Source: Mobula hypostoma
Taxonomy: Eukaryota
Length of the DNA stretch: 64,000 nt
Assembly (NCBI RefSeq): GCF_963921235.1
Contig: NC_086108.1
Coordinates: forward strand, 70,186,001 to 70,250,000
Reading direction: 5' to 3'
A program made the translations under genes and the position numbers. The notes below the pieces were generated by a model. The model saw only the letters and a program-made list of their open reading frames with translations, had not been told where the DNA came from and ran no database searches. This document shows positions 36,720 to 51,400 of this stretch, in pieces (the stretch's first letter is position 1; every line of letters begins with the position of its first letter).

Positions 36720-39700
36720 CCTCAGTGACACCAAAACAAGAGTTGACCATTGACTTCTGGAAGGCGGGCTTAACACACACCACCATCTGCATCAATTAAG
36801 CTGATGTGGCGATGGTTAAGAACTTTAAGCTTCTAGATGCAAGTATCGCTAAGAATTTCTCCTGGTTCAGCCACGTGGATGCTGTGGCCAATAAAGCATG
36901 TCAGCTCCTTTACTTCCTCAGAAGGCTAAGGAAATTTGTCAGTGTCTAATGATTCTCACCAATTTCTACAGATGCACTATAGAAATCATCCTACCTGAAT
37001 GCATCACAGCTTGATATGGCAACCTCACTACCCAAACCGCAAAAAATTATGAAGTAGTGAAAGCTATCCAGACTATTGTATTACAAAAAAATCAGCTTTC
37101 CCTCCATTACATAGAAACATAGAAAAGCTACAGCACAGTACAGGCCCTTCGGCCCATAAAGTTGTGCAGATCTTGTCCCTACCTTAGAAATTACTTGGCT
37201 TTCTTATAGCCCTCTATTTTTCTAAGCTCCATGTACCTATCCAAAAGTCTCTTAAAAGACCCTATTGTATCCGCCTCCACCACCGTTGCCGGCAGCCCAT
37301 TCCATGCACTCACCACTCTTGAGTAAAAAACTTACCCCTAACATCTCCTCTGTACCTACTCCCCAGCACCTTAAACCTGTGTCCTCTTGTGGCAACCATT
37401 TCAGCCCTGGGAAAAAGCCTCTGACTATCCACATGATCAACGCCTCTCATCATCTTATACGCCTCGGTCAGGTCACCTCTCATCCTCCGTCGCTCCAAGG
37501 AGAAAAGGCTGAGTTCACTCAACCTGTTCTCATAAGGCATGCTCCCCAATCCAGGCAACATCCTTGTAAATCTCCTCTGCACCATTTCTATGGCTTCCAC
37601 ATCCTCCCTGTAGTGAGGTGACCAGAACTGAGCACAGTACTCCAAGTGGGGTCTGACCAGGGTCCTATATAGCTGCAACATTACCTCTCGGCTCCTAAAT
37701 TCAATTCCACGATTGATGAAGGCCAATACACCATACGCCTTCTTAACCACAGAGTCAACCTGTGCAGCTGCTTTGAGTGTCCTATGGACTCGGACCCCAA
37801 GATCCCTCTGATCCTCCACACTGCCAAGAGTCTTACCATTAATACTATATTCTGTCATCATATTTGACCTACCAAAATGAACCACTTCACACTTACCTGG
37901 GTTGAACTCCATCCGCCACTTCTCAGCCCAGTTTTGCATCCTATCAATGTCCCGCTGTAAATCTTGCAGCCCTCCACACTATCCACAACACCTCCAACCT
38001 TTGTGTCATCAGCAAACCTACTAACCCATCCCTCCACTTCCTCATCCAGGTCATTTATAAAAATCATGAAGAGAAGGGGTCCCAGAACAGATCCCTGAGG
38101 CACACCACTGGTGACCGACCTCCATGCAGAATATGACTCGTCTGCAACCACCCTTTGCCTTCTGTGGGCAAGCCAGTTCTGGATCCACAAAGCAATGACC
38201 CCTTGGATCCCATGCCTCCCTACTTTCTCAATAAGCCTGGCATGGGGTACCTTATCAAATGCCTTGCTGAAATCCATATACACTACATCTACTGCTCTTC
38301 CTTCATCAGTGTGTTTCGTCACATCCTCAAAAAATTCAATCATGCTCGTAAGGCACGACCTGCCCTTGACAACGCCATGCTGACTATTCCTAATCATATT
38401 ATACCTCTCCAAATGTTCATAAATCCTGCCTGTCAGGATCTTCTCCATCAGCTTACCAACCACTGAAGTAAGACTCACTGGTCTATAATTTCCTGCACTG
38501 TCTCTACCCCCTTTCTTGAATAAAGGAACAACATCCACAACCCTCCAATCCTTCAGAACCTCCCCCGTCCCCATTGATGATGCAAAGATCATCGCCAGAG
38601 GCTCAGCAATCTCCTTCCTCGCCTCCCACTGTAGCCTAGGGTACATCTCATCCGGTCCCGGTGACTTATCCAACTTGATTCTTTCCAAAAGCTCTAGCAC
38701 ATCCTCTTTCTTAATATCTACATGCTCAAGCTTTTCAGTCTGCTGCAAGTCATCACTACAATCACTAAGATCCTTTTCCACAGTGAATACTGAAGTAAAG
38801 TATTAATTTAGTACCTCTGCTATTTCCTCCAGTTCCATACACACGTTCCCACTGTCATGCTTGATAGGTCCTATTCTTTCACGTCTTATCCTCTTGCTGT
38901 TCACATACTTGCAGAATGCTGTGGGGTTTTCTTTAATCCTGCCCGCCAAGACCTTCTCATGGCCCCTTCTAGCTCTCCTAATTTCCTTCTTAAGCTCCTT
39001 CCTATTAGCCTTATAATCTTCTAGATCTCTAACATTACCTAGCTCTCTGAACCTTTTGTCAGCTTTTATTCTTGACTAGATTTATTACAGCCTTCGTACA
39101 CTACGGTTCCTGTACCCTAGCATAACTTCCCTGTCTCATTGGAACGTACCTATGCAGAACTCCACACAAATATCCCCTGAACATCTGCCACATTTCTTCC
39201 GTACTTTTCCCTGAGAACATCCATTTCCAATTTAAGCTTCCAATTTCCTGCCTGATAGCCTCATAATTCCCCTTACTCCAATTAAATGCTTTACTAACTT
39301 GTCTGTTCCTATCTCTCTCCAATGCTATTGTAAAGGAGATAGAATTATGATCACTGTCTCCAAAATGCTCTCCCACTGAGAGATCTGACACCTGACTGGG
39401 TTCATTTTCAATACCAAATCAAGTACAGCCTCTCCTCTTGTAGGCTTATCTACGTATTGTGTCAAGGTACCTTCCCGAACACACCTAACAAACTCCATCC
39501 CATCTAAACCCCTTGCTCAAGGGAGATGCCAATCGATATTTGGGAAATTAAAATCTCCCATCATGACAACTCTGTTATTATTACACCTTTCCAGGATCTG
39601 TTTCCCTACCTGCTCCTCGATATCCCTGTTACTATTGGGTGGCCTATAAAAAAACACCCAGTAAAGTTATTGACCCCTTCCTGTTCCTAACCTCCACCCA

Positions 39701-40500
39701 CAGAGACTCCGTAGACAATCCCTCCATGGCGTCCATCTTTTCTGCAGCCGTGACACTATCTCTGATCAACAATGCCATGCCCCCACCTCTTTTGCCTCCC
39801 TCCCTGTCCTTTCTGAAACATCTAAAACCCGGCACATGAAGTAACCATTCTTGTCCCTGAACCATCCAAGTCTCTGTAATGGCCACCACGTCATATCTCC
39901 AAATACTGATCCACGCTCTAAGCTCATCCACTTTATTCACAACACTCCTAGCGTTAAAATAGACACATCTCAAACCTTCAGTCTGAATATGTCCCTTCTC
40001 TATCACCTGCCTATCCTCCCTCTCGCACTGTCTCCAAGCTTTCTCTATTTGTGAGCCAACCTCCTCTTCCCCAGTCTCTTCAGTTCGGTTCCCACGCCCC
40101 AACAATTGTAGTTGAAGCTCTCCCCAGTAGCCTTAGTAAACCTCCCCGCCTCTTCCCTGTACCTTCTGCTGTCTTGGGAAATCAGCCAACTCATCATGCA
40201 CTAACTCATTATCTCTTTTGCCCCTTGCATTTGGCAAGAAGATGATAACGCTTCAGAAATATGTATTAGTGACCTTGAGAGAACTTTTTGTATGATCAAG
40301 GTGAATGTTTTTAACCTTGGCATGGCTCTTGCACTTAATTTGTGTACCTATACGACACTTTCACTGTAACACATTATTCATTCCATTGTTTTCTTCTTTT
40401 ATACTACCTCCATTTACTTATGGAATGATCTGTATGGAATGCATGCAAACAAAATCTTTCATTCTTACAATCCATACGGCAATAATAAAGCAATTACTGA
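36720..40500 (+). mobile_element. Old Rex-Babar/L2-type LINE fragment (about 36720-37109 and 40150-40500) split by a CR1
   Basis: Remnants of FKLL, LYFLRRLRKF and NFYRCTIEIIL..CIT before the CR1. The 3' part with a caataataaa tail resumes after 40150. Confidence 0.6.
37110..40150 (-). mobile_element. CR1 LINE covering nearly all of ORF2, with frameshifts
   Basis: Minus-strand [45 protein letters not shown] and RPHLEYC; tail catagaaacatagaaa. Confidence 0.92.
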
Positions 40501-42877
40501 TTGTTGCAGGGTTGCATCAGCCGAAGAAGCATTGATCTAATGTATGGCAATTTAGCATTATACCTTTTCCATATTTTCTGAATGGTGTATTTGTTACTTG
40601 ACTTCAAGATGACTTTTCTCATTGCAGATGGTGATTTTTAAATGTAGTGTCTGGTCCATGGGTTGTAAAAACCATGAGGTGTTAGGATGCCAAAGCTGGA
40701 ATATTGTCAGTCATACATTACTGTTAACGAGGTGATAGAGGCTCATAATTGATAATGAGTTAAAACTCAGGTTGTTGATATTATCCTCAGAGAATACATT
40801 CAATAAATGGGGAGAGAACATCATGTAATTTTTAGGGGAAGTGTTATCATCCAAGCTTTCTTTCATTAGTTCATCACAAGACTGAAAGATTGACATTGTT
40901 TTTTTTTTCCTTTTGAGTCCTTGGGTTCTATAAGTGGTAGATTAAGAAAAGCCCAAAACTTGTAGTCACCCTGAATTTCCTTCAAGTGCAGAGTTAATTT
41001 TGTCATCTAGCCTGGTGCAGATTCCTCAGTTCTCAAAATGAACATGTGAGGGAAAACTTCTTTGGAAAGTGCTTTCTAGCCCATGTTAATACTGTTTAGG
41101 AGAGTCACCAACTTAATAATTTGTTTCAGGTCCTGGAAATTTTTTTGACATTAATGATCTTGCTCCTGTATCTTCATAAAATTCAGGGGCACATTCTTCT
41201 TGGACCGTCTGACCAGATGCTTACACCTCATCTTTGCTCTGATAACATTTTTTGCACTTCCAGGATAATATTTTGAACACTTAACATCGATTTTGCCTGC
41301 ATGTTTGAGGATTGGTTTACCATCTATGGCCACTAACCTCATCATCGTCATTTCTATAAATGACATCCCTCTTAGTATTATTGCTTTCTACTTGGCATGA
41401 TATCTTGGAAAGTGTGCCATCCGTAGAACTCCAAAGGCGTTTTTAAGCTATCGAAGGATGTGAATAACTTGTCATGAATCCCAATAGCAGGCAGAGTACC
41501 TCTATCTCAATGTAAATATGATACAAAATTCCTTGGAGAGAAGATTGTTGTATTTTGCTGCAGCAAAACAAAATGTTTTGAGAACACTTAGCCCAAAGAA
41601 TGGATAGTATAGTTGCAAGCAGTTATGAGTTGAATGTTCATAATCAACAATGTCTTTATCATTAAGTTTATAAAATTGAGCAACACAGAAAATTCTGCCT
41701 TTGATAAGTTTGTATCTGCATTTGCTGGAGGCCATCTGAATTTAGGCATTCATAATTCAAGTTCAGCTTACTTGGAATGAGGATTTAGCTTCTGTTTCCA
41801 GAAAGAAGTAATATACTTCATTCCAGTGTTGTGATGTGATGGACTTTTCAAAACTATGACTTGGAAAAACAGGCATTGACATCTTAAAAAGAGCAGGACT
41901 GTTAATAAATGTTGGTGTAAGCTTCTTTTGAATGTATAAACTAGTCTCTGACATTGAAACTAATACATGGCATGCACAGCAAGTGCCTACACATCTAAAC
42001 TCCTCAAATTTTCCATTTTAGAATATGGGCATTTTGATTAGTCTTAAATTCTGAAGATTAGTTGGGCTTATAGACTCTAATAGGGATCTTATGGTTTGGC
42101 AAGGTATAGTTAAATCTGAGAATGGAATCTTGTCTGTACTTAGCCTTTGATTAATGTGCATGTGTATTTGAGAAAATATAATGGTAAATCTGTTGTAACT
42201 TGGTGTAGCTGCCAAAGGCGAGTTGTCCTGGCTTGTTCAGTTGGTGGAGAGGTACCCCCACTAAATACAAGTACTTTTTTAAAAAAATCTGTTGTCCTAT
42301 AATCACTCTTGGATGGAGGACTGGATTCTTGGTGGTTGTGCAGAGTTAATTGGCTATCGTGCGTACTGCTGCTTGATGTTTGGGTCAATCCAGGTCTTAT
42401 TTCCAAGTGTCCTTCAGCAATCTTCAAACTGATGGGTGGAATAGCCTATTTTAAGGAGCTGGTGTTTCTTCAGCTATGTAGAACTCTCCACCATTTGCAC
42501 TGCATCTAACTAATTTTCCATTTCCACTTTTCAGAAGAGTGTTGCTACTCTGCTTTCTATCGTAGCTCTCCACACCATAGGTGCTTTATCACTTGAGGCT
42601 TCCCTAGAATTTCATCAACTAATGCTACATATTTCAATAAGAAATACTACAGTTGCCAAGTGTTGTCATGGCAGTTGTGATATTGAATGTAAGTGGTATC
42701 CAAATCCTGAGTAGGTAAAAGAAGGAGCTCTTAGACATTGGGACATGAACTGAATGTTATACCATTCTACTTTTATAAATGGGTAGTGTTGGAGCTGCTT
42801 GAAATTAGTATTAATATACTTTATTTTCAAATTAGATTTAAAAAGCCTTAATAATTGTCTTGTGTGTGTTTTTATAG

Positions 42878-42924
42878 ATCTCGTTGAAAATTTTGATGAA
42901 GCGTCAAAGAATGAAGCCAACTAA
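42878..42924 (+). CDS. BTF3L4: BTF3L4 last coding exon ((D)LVENFDEASKNEAN*)
   Basis: Acceptor tttttatag|, conserved C-terminus LVENFDEASKNEAN, TAA at 42922-42924. Confidence 0.96.
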
Positions 42925-44806
42925 AAGCTGCTGGCAGATTATAGACTGGGATAAAGACTGTACCAACGAGGAAACTTATTCCAAAGTTTTACTATATTAA
43001 AAGTGAAAAATCACAAGTTTGCAAATACAGTGAACTAAGGCATTTTGTATTTTAATGATGCTGAATACTCAGCATCTTTCAATTGGTTGAAATCACTTGT
43101 TTGCATTTTGCACTTAAAAACAAAATCCTTTGGTCTGAAATTTGTAAGACTGAGATTCCATCAAAGCAATCTAAATAGATCGCAAATGAATTGGAGTGAG
43201 CAAGCTCATGAAGGTCTTATTTAAGGTTTTCCCTCATGACATGCAAATAAAATAGATTGATTAACTTCTTGTATATTGTGTGAATAATTTCATTTTGTTT
43301 GAACATGATATGCTGTTATAATTACATTGGATTTATTTTCATCATTAACTTGGTGTTTTTAATTTTTGTTATTCTCTAAAGCACATTTTCCTGCTGATCC
43401 CCAGGAATGGTAAAACAGTTCTGTCATTCTGTTAATTTTCAGATTGATGAACGTTTACAAGGTCAGCTTATACAGTTAGCAATTTATCTGAGTCTCTGCC
43501 GAGGTATATGACTCCACTGAAGTTTCTACATTTTGTTTAGGCAATAACTCACTAATTCCATTGGTTGAATCCTAAAATATCTTCCATTTTTGATGAGTTC
43601 AAAGTGGTTCATTCTTTAAGGACATTGTTTCTAAGAAAGATCTTAGTTAACAGTACACGTAACGTCCTGGAAATTGAGTCAGGAGTGGTGCCTTTAATGT
43701 TCTAGATGAGTGAAACAGGCCAATTAACTGTATTGCTCAACTTGAGATCTATCTAGTTAGAATGATGGTGATCATTATCAGTTTCAAGTAGTGCATTTAA
43801 ATTTCTGGTAAAGGGTGTGCATATTCTGTATTGGTTCTGTAAAATGTAGTACTCCAGTATTGGTTCTATAGTCAAGAGCAACGAGACAAGGCAGCTACAA
43901 TTATTGGTCAAATGAAATAACAAAGCCCAAGTGCCTTTCAAATGGAGACTTTTCTATTTTAATTGATCCACTATTATGTTCAGTTATTTGATACTAATTA
44001 TCTAATTCCAGTTCATTTTTAATATTATCCTGTATGTTCTTTACACTTTACACAGTTTACATAAATATATATATAAAATATGAATCACATCGGTATTGTA
44101 TAGCCTATGGATCTCTAATCAATAATTGTGTATTTCTGCACAATCTGAGTTCTATTTTGCAGGTCAGTTGTACATGAGTAAAATGCATATTAAGTATCTG
44201 AAGGACTCCTCTAATATTGTCTGTTGAACAGATTGATTACTTTTTCTAACTAATTGGTAACTAATACTACTGTGAATTACATATGTATTATAATCGAAGC
44301 ATAGTAAATTGCACAAGCCACCAGATTTGTCTTTTTTAATATCGTATTTACAAGTTAAATTAGGTTTCTAGATACATTGCAGAAACTATTATTTATGTTG
44401 TAAATATTGGTTTAGATTGAAAATAGGCCTTTAGTTCTGAAGTATGTGTGACTGAAACAATTTCTAAAATGTGCAGGTTAATTTGATAACATGAGCTTTT
44501 GTAAAATCCGGCTTCTTGATATCACGAATGAGCTTTGGCTTTTCTTGAGCAATGTTCCTTTCTATTCAAGTTCATCTAAGTAAAGGTAAGTTTTTAAATA
44601 CAAAGTCCATATTTGTTTTTATATCAATTACAATAGATGGAACAGAAATGATCTCATCCTAATAATTCAGTGTTTCAGTAGATATAGTTATTTCTACCTT
44701 GGTACATGTGACAATAATAAACCGATTTACCTGCATAAAGCCTGCATAAACAATTAGAAAATAGTATTGTAATTTCACTGTGAACATTTAGTATTATCTA
44801 AATAAA
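42925..44806 (+). other. BTF3L4: Probable BTF3L4 3' UTR with candidate polyadenylation signals
   Basis: AT-rich sequence after the stop codon with no recognisable TE. AATAAA at 43246-43251, 44716-44721 and 44801-44806. The true 3' end cannot be determined from sequence. Confidence 0.55.
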
Positions 44807-45399
44807 ATGGTTAATTTGCTTCGCATTTCTTACATAGTGCCTTTTACATCTTCTTCCAGTCTTAGAAGGATTACTTTTAATTAATTTTAAAGTGCATTTG
44901 TTTCGGCAGCACATTTGAAAGCCTAAAAAGTTTCACAAATGGAAGAAGACTGATAGTTAATTTGCTTTAATGATTTTGTCTAAGGATTAAATGTGGGCCA
45001 GGATAAGGAACTTGCTATGAATTCCATCAGGGTGGGATTTCCCTCCTAGATGAAGATGAAGGATCATGGTTTAACATGCCCTATAAAAAGCTTTTTTAAA
45101 AAATGGTTCTTTATGTCACAGAAAAGGGAGTCCTTTAGCCCATCTGGGCCATGCTGACCACCTTGTCCCAACTATGCCAATGTGCTTATCATAATAGGAC
45201 TAACTTTCTATGTCTTGCCGAGGGATTACTTAGGATTTTGTCAAACAGAGCAGAGCATTACATTTGTTTTGCCTACCTATTAAAGATTTGTTATAACCGT
45301 GTCTAATAAACTTATCATAAGTATATTGAAAGCAATAATGTAATTAAGGAAAAAGTATTTCCCTTTGGAAATTAATAAGGTTATCTGTTGAAAGTCAGC

Positions 45400-48300
45400 G
45401 GATGCAAGCAGGGTCCTACTGTATGTCAATACATCTCATCAGTAATCACCAGGGAGAAGGATATGGAACCTGGAGAGTTAAAGCAGGTATGTTCTGGAGC
45501 ATGCCTGTATAGGAAGGAGGAAATATTAGGAAATGTGACCTTTAGAGTCAATAAAGCCCTTGGACTTGATTGAGAAGTAATGGACAAGATTAAGGCCCTG
45601 AGAGATATTTGTATCTTTAACAGCCATGGAAGATATGCAGGAGGCTGAAGGAAAGCCACTCTTCCTATTTTCAAAAAGCATAGTAGAGATAAGCTTGAAA
45701 ACCACTGGCCAATGAGTGCTGTATCAATGATAGCAAAGATGGAAGATTCTGCACACCACAGTTCTGGAGGAGACGCTAGATTTTGTAGCAGGAGATTTCA
45801 AAAGTGAGCTGGAGCGTTCTGCGAACCACACTTCCTGAGGAGACACTGAATTACGAAACAGGAGAGAGATTTCAGAAGAAGTGAATGGGAATATTAGGAC
45901 ATTCTGCCTGTGACAGTTTCCAAGGAGATGTTGGAGTGTGCATAATTAGGCACTTGACAAGGTCCAATAGAATGAACCTAGGCTTAGGCAGAGTTACTGT
46001 TGTAAGAGTGGGGAGTTCAGGCATTGGCTCATAGAGACCAATGAGAGGCTGAGGCTGTGGGTTTTTATCGTTTAGTTTTTCTTTGTTATCGCACATTTAG
46101 AGCAGTGGGGATGTTAAGCAGGATGATGAAATGCCCCTCTTTTGGTATGTTGGAAGGCAGAGAGACTTCCAGTGTCCCTGAGGATTACACCTACAAGAAG
46201 TTTGTCCAGCTGCAGCTTTCAGACAGTGTTAAGGAATTGGAGCTGAAGCTGGATGATCATGGAGCTTGAGGAGTTGATCAACAGGACATACAGGGAGGTA
46301 GTTACAACCAAGATGCAAGACACGGGTAAATCTGTGACCGTCAGGTGGGGGAAAGGGGATAGGCAGCAAGTGCAGAATACCCCGTAGCCATTCCTTTCAA
46401 TAACAGGTATACTGCTGTGGATACTTTTTTGGGGGGGAGAGGTGATCAGGCTCAGAAGGAAGGGGGAGAAGAGGTGAGCTGTGATGATAGTGATTCTATT
46501 GGTTAAGGGAACAAACAGGAGATTCTGTGCAGCATGGGGATGTGGGTGTAGAGTTAAACTAGAGTTGTAGGGGGATGGAAGGCAGAGGAAATAGCAGAGT
46601 GGTTGTGGGGAAAAAGAGTAAGCCTACATAGAGTCAGGAATCGAAAGATTGAGCATGGTGAAACTAGTATTTTGAGTTGAGTCTATTTCGGTGCAAGGAG
46701 TATTGTAGGAAAGGCAGGCAAGCTTGGGGCATGAGTCAGTGAATGGAATTATGACAATGCAACTGTTAGTGAGACGGTTGCAGGAGGGGCAAGACTGGCA
46801 GCTCAATGTTATGGTGCTGTCATTACTTCAGACGTGAAAGAGCAGGAAGAATTAAAGGGGTGGCATTTCTTGTTGGAAGATGTCACTGCAGTGCTCAGAT
46901 GGGAGAGCTCGTCTACTGAGGCTGTATGCGTGAAATTGAGGAATAAGAAAGGGATGACCACATTAATGGGATTATGTTATTGAACTCCCAACAGTCCACA
47001 GGATTTAGAGGAGCAAATTTGTAGAGAGATTGGAGACTATTGCAAGAAACAATGTTGGTATAGTAGGTGATTTTAACTTTCCACATATTGACTGGAACTC
47101 CATACTGTAGAGTTTGTCAAATGTGTTCAAGAAAGTTTTCCTTATCAGTACGTAGAGGTCCCAGCTAGAGAGGGGGCGGCGATACTAGGTTTTATGGAAT
47201 GAGACAGGGTAAATGATAGAAGTTTGTATAGGAGAGCACTTTCCATCTAGTGATCATAATGTCATTAGGTTCACGATAATTATGGAAAGGTTAGGTCTGG
47301 TCCTCTGGTTGAGATTCTAAACTGGAGAAAGGCCAATCTGATAGTATCAGAAAAGATCTGTCAAGTGTGGATAGGGACAAGTTGTTTTCTGGCCAAGGTG
47401 TACTTGGTAAATGGGAAGCCTTGAAGTGAAATTTTGAGAGTACGGAGCTTTTATGTTCCTTTGGAATAAAGGCAAAGATTAATAGGTTCAGGAAACCTTG
47501 GTTTCTGAAAAATACCAGATGCAATTTAATGCAGGTAAGTGTGAGATGTTGCACTTTGGAAGGTAAACCAGAGTTGGTGAGCAGTAGAGCAGAGGGATGG
47601 GGATTGTATATAGTTCCTTGAAGATGGAGTCACAGGAAGGTAGGGTTGTAAAGAAATCTGGCACATTTTGTGCTTTAGAGGAATTTAAGGAGGATTTAAG
47701 AATTAGAGGACAAAAGTTTAGGGGTAACATGAGGGGGAACTTCTTTACTCAGAGAGTGGTAGCTGTGTGGAATGAGCTACCAGCAGAAGTGTTTGAGGCA
47801 GGTTCTATGTTGTCGTTTAAAGTTAATTGGATAGATATATGGACAGGAAAGGAATGGAGGGTCAGTGCAGGTCAGTGGGAATAGGATAGGGTAAGAGTAC
47901 GGTACGGACGAGAAGGGCCGAGATGGCCTGTTTCCGTGCTGTAATTGTTATATGGTTATATATTGGTCTTTGTAAATCAAAGAATTGAGTACAGGAGTTG
48001 GAATGCTATGTTAAAATATTATAAGATATTGATGTGTCCTAATTTGCAGTATTGTGTGCAGTTTTGGCCACCTACCTACAGGAAACGGTTGAAAGAGTAC
48101 AGAGAATTTTACAAGCATGTTGTCAGGTCTGGAGGAGCTGAGTTCTAAAGGAAGATTGAATAGGTAGAACTTTATTTCCTAGAACATTGAAGAATGAGGG
48201 GAGATTTGATACAAGTATACGAAATTATGAGGGGTAAAGATAGTGTTAAAGCAAGCAGGCTTTTCCACTGAGGCTGGGTGACCCTAGAACTAGAGGTTGT

Positions 48301-48690
48301 GGGTGGAAGGTGAAATGCTTGAGGGGAACATGCTGGGGAACAACTTCACTCAGGGTGGTGAGAATGTGGAACACATTGCCAGTGCAAGTGGTGGATGTGG
48401 GTTCTATTTCAACTTTTAAGGGAAACTTGGATAGCTACATGATAGGAAGTGTATGGAGGGCTATGATCTGGGTGCAAGTGGATGGGACTAGGCAAATTAA
48501 TGGTTTAGTGTGGGTTGGATGGGCTGATAGGCCTGTTCTTGTGTTAGAGTTCAATGACTCTGTTTCTTTTGCATAATGGACTGATGGAGTCCGCATGGCT
48601 TTGTGCAGGAGCAATCATGTCTCAAATCTGTGAGTGCTTTTAAAAGGTAGCAAAGAAAATTGATGAAGGCAGAACAGCGTATGAATCTGC
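45400..48690 (+). mobile_element. Nested degenerate CR1 cluster: outer fragment (about 45400-45745 and 48570-48690), inner internally deleted CR1 (about 45745-48560), innermost CR1 3' end (about 47669-47961)
   Basis: Inner element has an ORF1 zinc-finger remnant (MKCPSFGMLE..YTYKKFVQLQL), EN remnants (GDFNFP, SDHN) and a 3' end. Innermost piece has NFFTQRVVAVWNELP and a tatatggttata tail. Confidence 0.72.
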
Positions 48691-49329
48691 AGAACAGTGT
48701 ACAGGAGGTAAAGTAGGGTTAACTAAAATTAATTTTCGGTCAACATAAACAGAATCATAAACTGGTCTTTGGTATGACAAATTTCTGTTTCCTTACATTG
48801 CCTGAAGTGTGGCTTTCATATTCAAATACTGATTTGTAAAGTTCTGCAGGAACTGCATGGTAAGTCATATTTCTAATCTAACAACAAAATTTAAAAGCTG
48901 CAGAACTAAGAACAGAAAGTGCTGTAAATTCTCAGCATTTCAGGCAACATCTTTTGAAGTATTTCTGGGAATATTCTAACCATTTATGCTAAAACCAAGT
49001 TTATATTCCTGAGTGACAGTGAAAGACTAATGCAATACAAGAAATGCACTGTTCAGTTAAATCTGTACAAAGACTATATTGATAAAGTACCTATGTAGTC
49101 CAGAAGTAGTCACTGAAACGAATCTTTAAGTAGCAGGGAAGTAATCTCTAGATACTGATGTAGCTTGAAACTCTCAAATATTATGGACCTTTCGCAGATA
49201 TTGAAATGTAATTTGCAAATCAAGAATTATAAATTTTACATTGGTTCTTGCAAAGGAACAAATCAGAGGTGTGTGTGTATTGTATTTGTGCTTGTTGACC
49301 AAAAATCCAAACGATGAGACTTGTGTGCT

Positions 49330-51400
49330 AATAGTTAAGTTATAAAATCACAAGAACTAAAGCAAGAGGAGGCCAAATGTCCAATTATGCCTGTCCTGTC
49401 TATCAGTGATATTGTAGATGATCTAACCTTCCCCTCAGCATCTGTTACCTGATCTCCTTTCCTCCCCAATCCTCGTGACTCTCTAGTAATTTAAGTATCT
49501 ATCAGTCTCCACCTTGAAATTTTCATTGACACTGTTTGCATAGCTCCCTTGGATAGACAAATCCAAAGAGGCACAATTTCAGAGAATAAATTTGTCCTCA
49601 TCTCGTCCTGAAATGTGCACCCCTTGTGAAACTCTTCCAATGGTTGATTATCCCATGTAATGAAGTATCCTCAGCATTTACCCTGAAAACCCTTTCAGAA
49701 TCTTTTGTATTTCAATAATCAGCTCTCATCTTCTACAATGAACAGAGGCGTAAAATTGTAATTTTTATTTCTGTCAATCCCTTAATCCCAGGATTTAACT
49801 GAATGGAACTCACTATTCTGTTTATGATACAAGCCTCCTTAAAGGTAGTGACTGAACTTGCATTATGTACTTGAAGTGTAGTTTCATTGAACTGTTATAC
49901 TCTGCATGCCCTGCAATTGTGGCCAAGTGGATTCATTGTACTTCCTAATTACTCGCTGAACTTGCATATTAACTTTTAAATTTTGTGCACTACATCACTG
50001 AAATCCCTTTGAAGTGCATAATTTTGTAGACTGGTTTCATTTAAGTATTAATTTGCTTTATCATTCTTCCTTCCAGATTGGAAAATTTGATATTTTCCTA
50101 TATCTTACAAATTGTTCCACAATCACTTAATCCTTTCTCTTTCTGCAGGCTCTTTGTGTCCTCCTAACACCTGTCAATCCACTTAAATTTCATAATATCA
50201 GCAAACTCGGCTGCACCACGCAGTCCATTCATTCAGGTCATCAGCATTGATTATAAATAGATGAGGCACAAGCACTGATCCCTGTGACATGATATGAAGG
50301 TAATCAAATATCCCAACTCAATTTTCAGTTGGTTAACCGCTCCCCTAATTATACAAATGCATTACCCCAACTTTATGCACTATTGTGCAGTAGTTTAAAG
50401 TATACCATTTGGAAATCTAAAGGCACTATATTTAGTGATTTCCCTTTATCCACTCTGTTGCACTGAGCAAACTTGTCAAACACGGTTTCCCTTTCATAAA
50501 ACCATGAAGACTCTGCTTGATTGTATTTGATTCAAAAAAAATTTTTATCATTACCTCAGTAATCAGTTACAGTGGTTTCCCGATGGCAAATATTCACTCA
50601 CTTTCTCCTTCTGTGTTCTTTCTTTTTAAATAATGCTAATATGTTTGTGGTTTTTTCCAATCCCTTGAGACCCCTCCGGAATCTAGCAGATCTTGATAGA
50701 TTGTAACCAATGCATCCAGAATCTCCGCAGACTTTAAGATCCTAAGAAGTAGGTCAATTACTCCAGTGGAATAAGACTAACTAACTCGGTACTTTTTTCA
50801 TTCATGAAAAAGATTGTTTTAAGTTCCTCCCTATCCAAAGTGCTTTGATTACATATTTTTGGGATGGTATTAATATCTTCTATGGTGAAGATGAATCATA
50901 AATGACTTTATCATCTCTGCCTTTTCCTTATTTCACATTAATGCCCAAGTCACATTCTCTATGGGACCACCGTTTATTTTAGCTGGTCCTTTATAATATA
51001 CCTGTAGGAACTCTTAAAAATTCTACATCATTTACTAATTTACTATTATTATTTACTATTTACTCCCTCTTTTTTTAAACCAATCTATTGCAGGTTTCTA
51101 ACATTTTTTAAATTATTTATTCCAATGCTCACGTTCATAATATTTTATTGCCTTCCACTTTGCTATTCCTAAATTTCTTACTTAATGATAGTTAATTTCA
51201 TAGATCCTTCCTTCCAGGCCTATGCATACTTTTGCAGAGTTTGATGTAATATCTCTTTAAATGTCTGCTATTACTGATATTCTCATTTACCCTTTCATCC
51301 ACTTTAGCCGACTCTGTCCATTTGCTACTGTAAGTGCCATTATTTAAGTTTAAACCAAGTTTAACTTGCAAGTTTCTCTTCCTCAAATTGAATTCCATAT
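49330..51400 (-). mobile_element. Ancient, highly degenerate CR1 (antisense)
   Basis: Scattered antisense RT signatures (aatatcagcaaac = FADI, actgatccctg = QGSV, ttcataaaaccatg = HGFM). No open frame. Confidence 0.55.

Noticed and set aside
44892..44914. TTCGGCAGCACAT, identical to part of the U6 snRNA 5' end
   Set aside because: Only 13 nt match, with no continuation into the rest of U6 and no TSD or poly-A. Probably chance.
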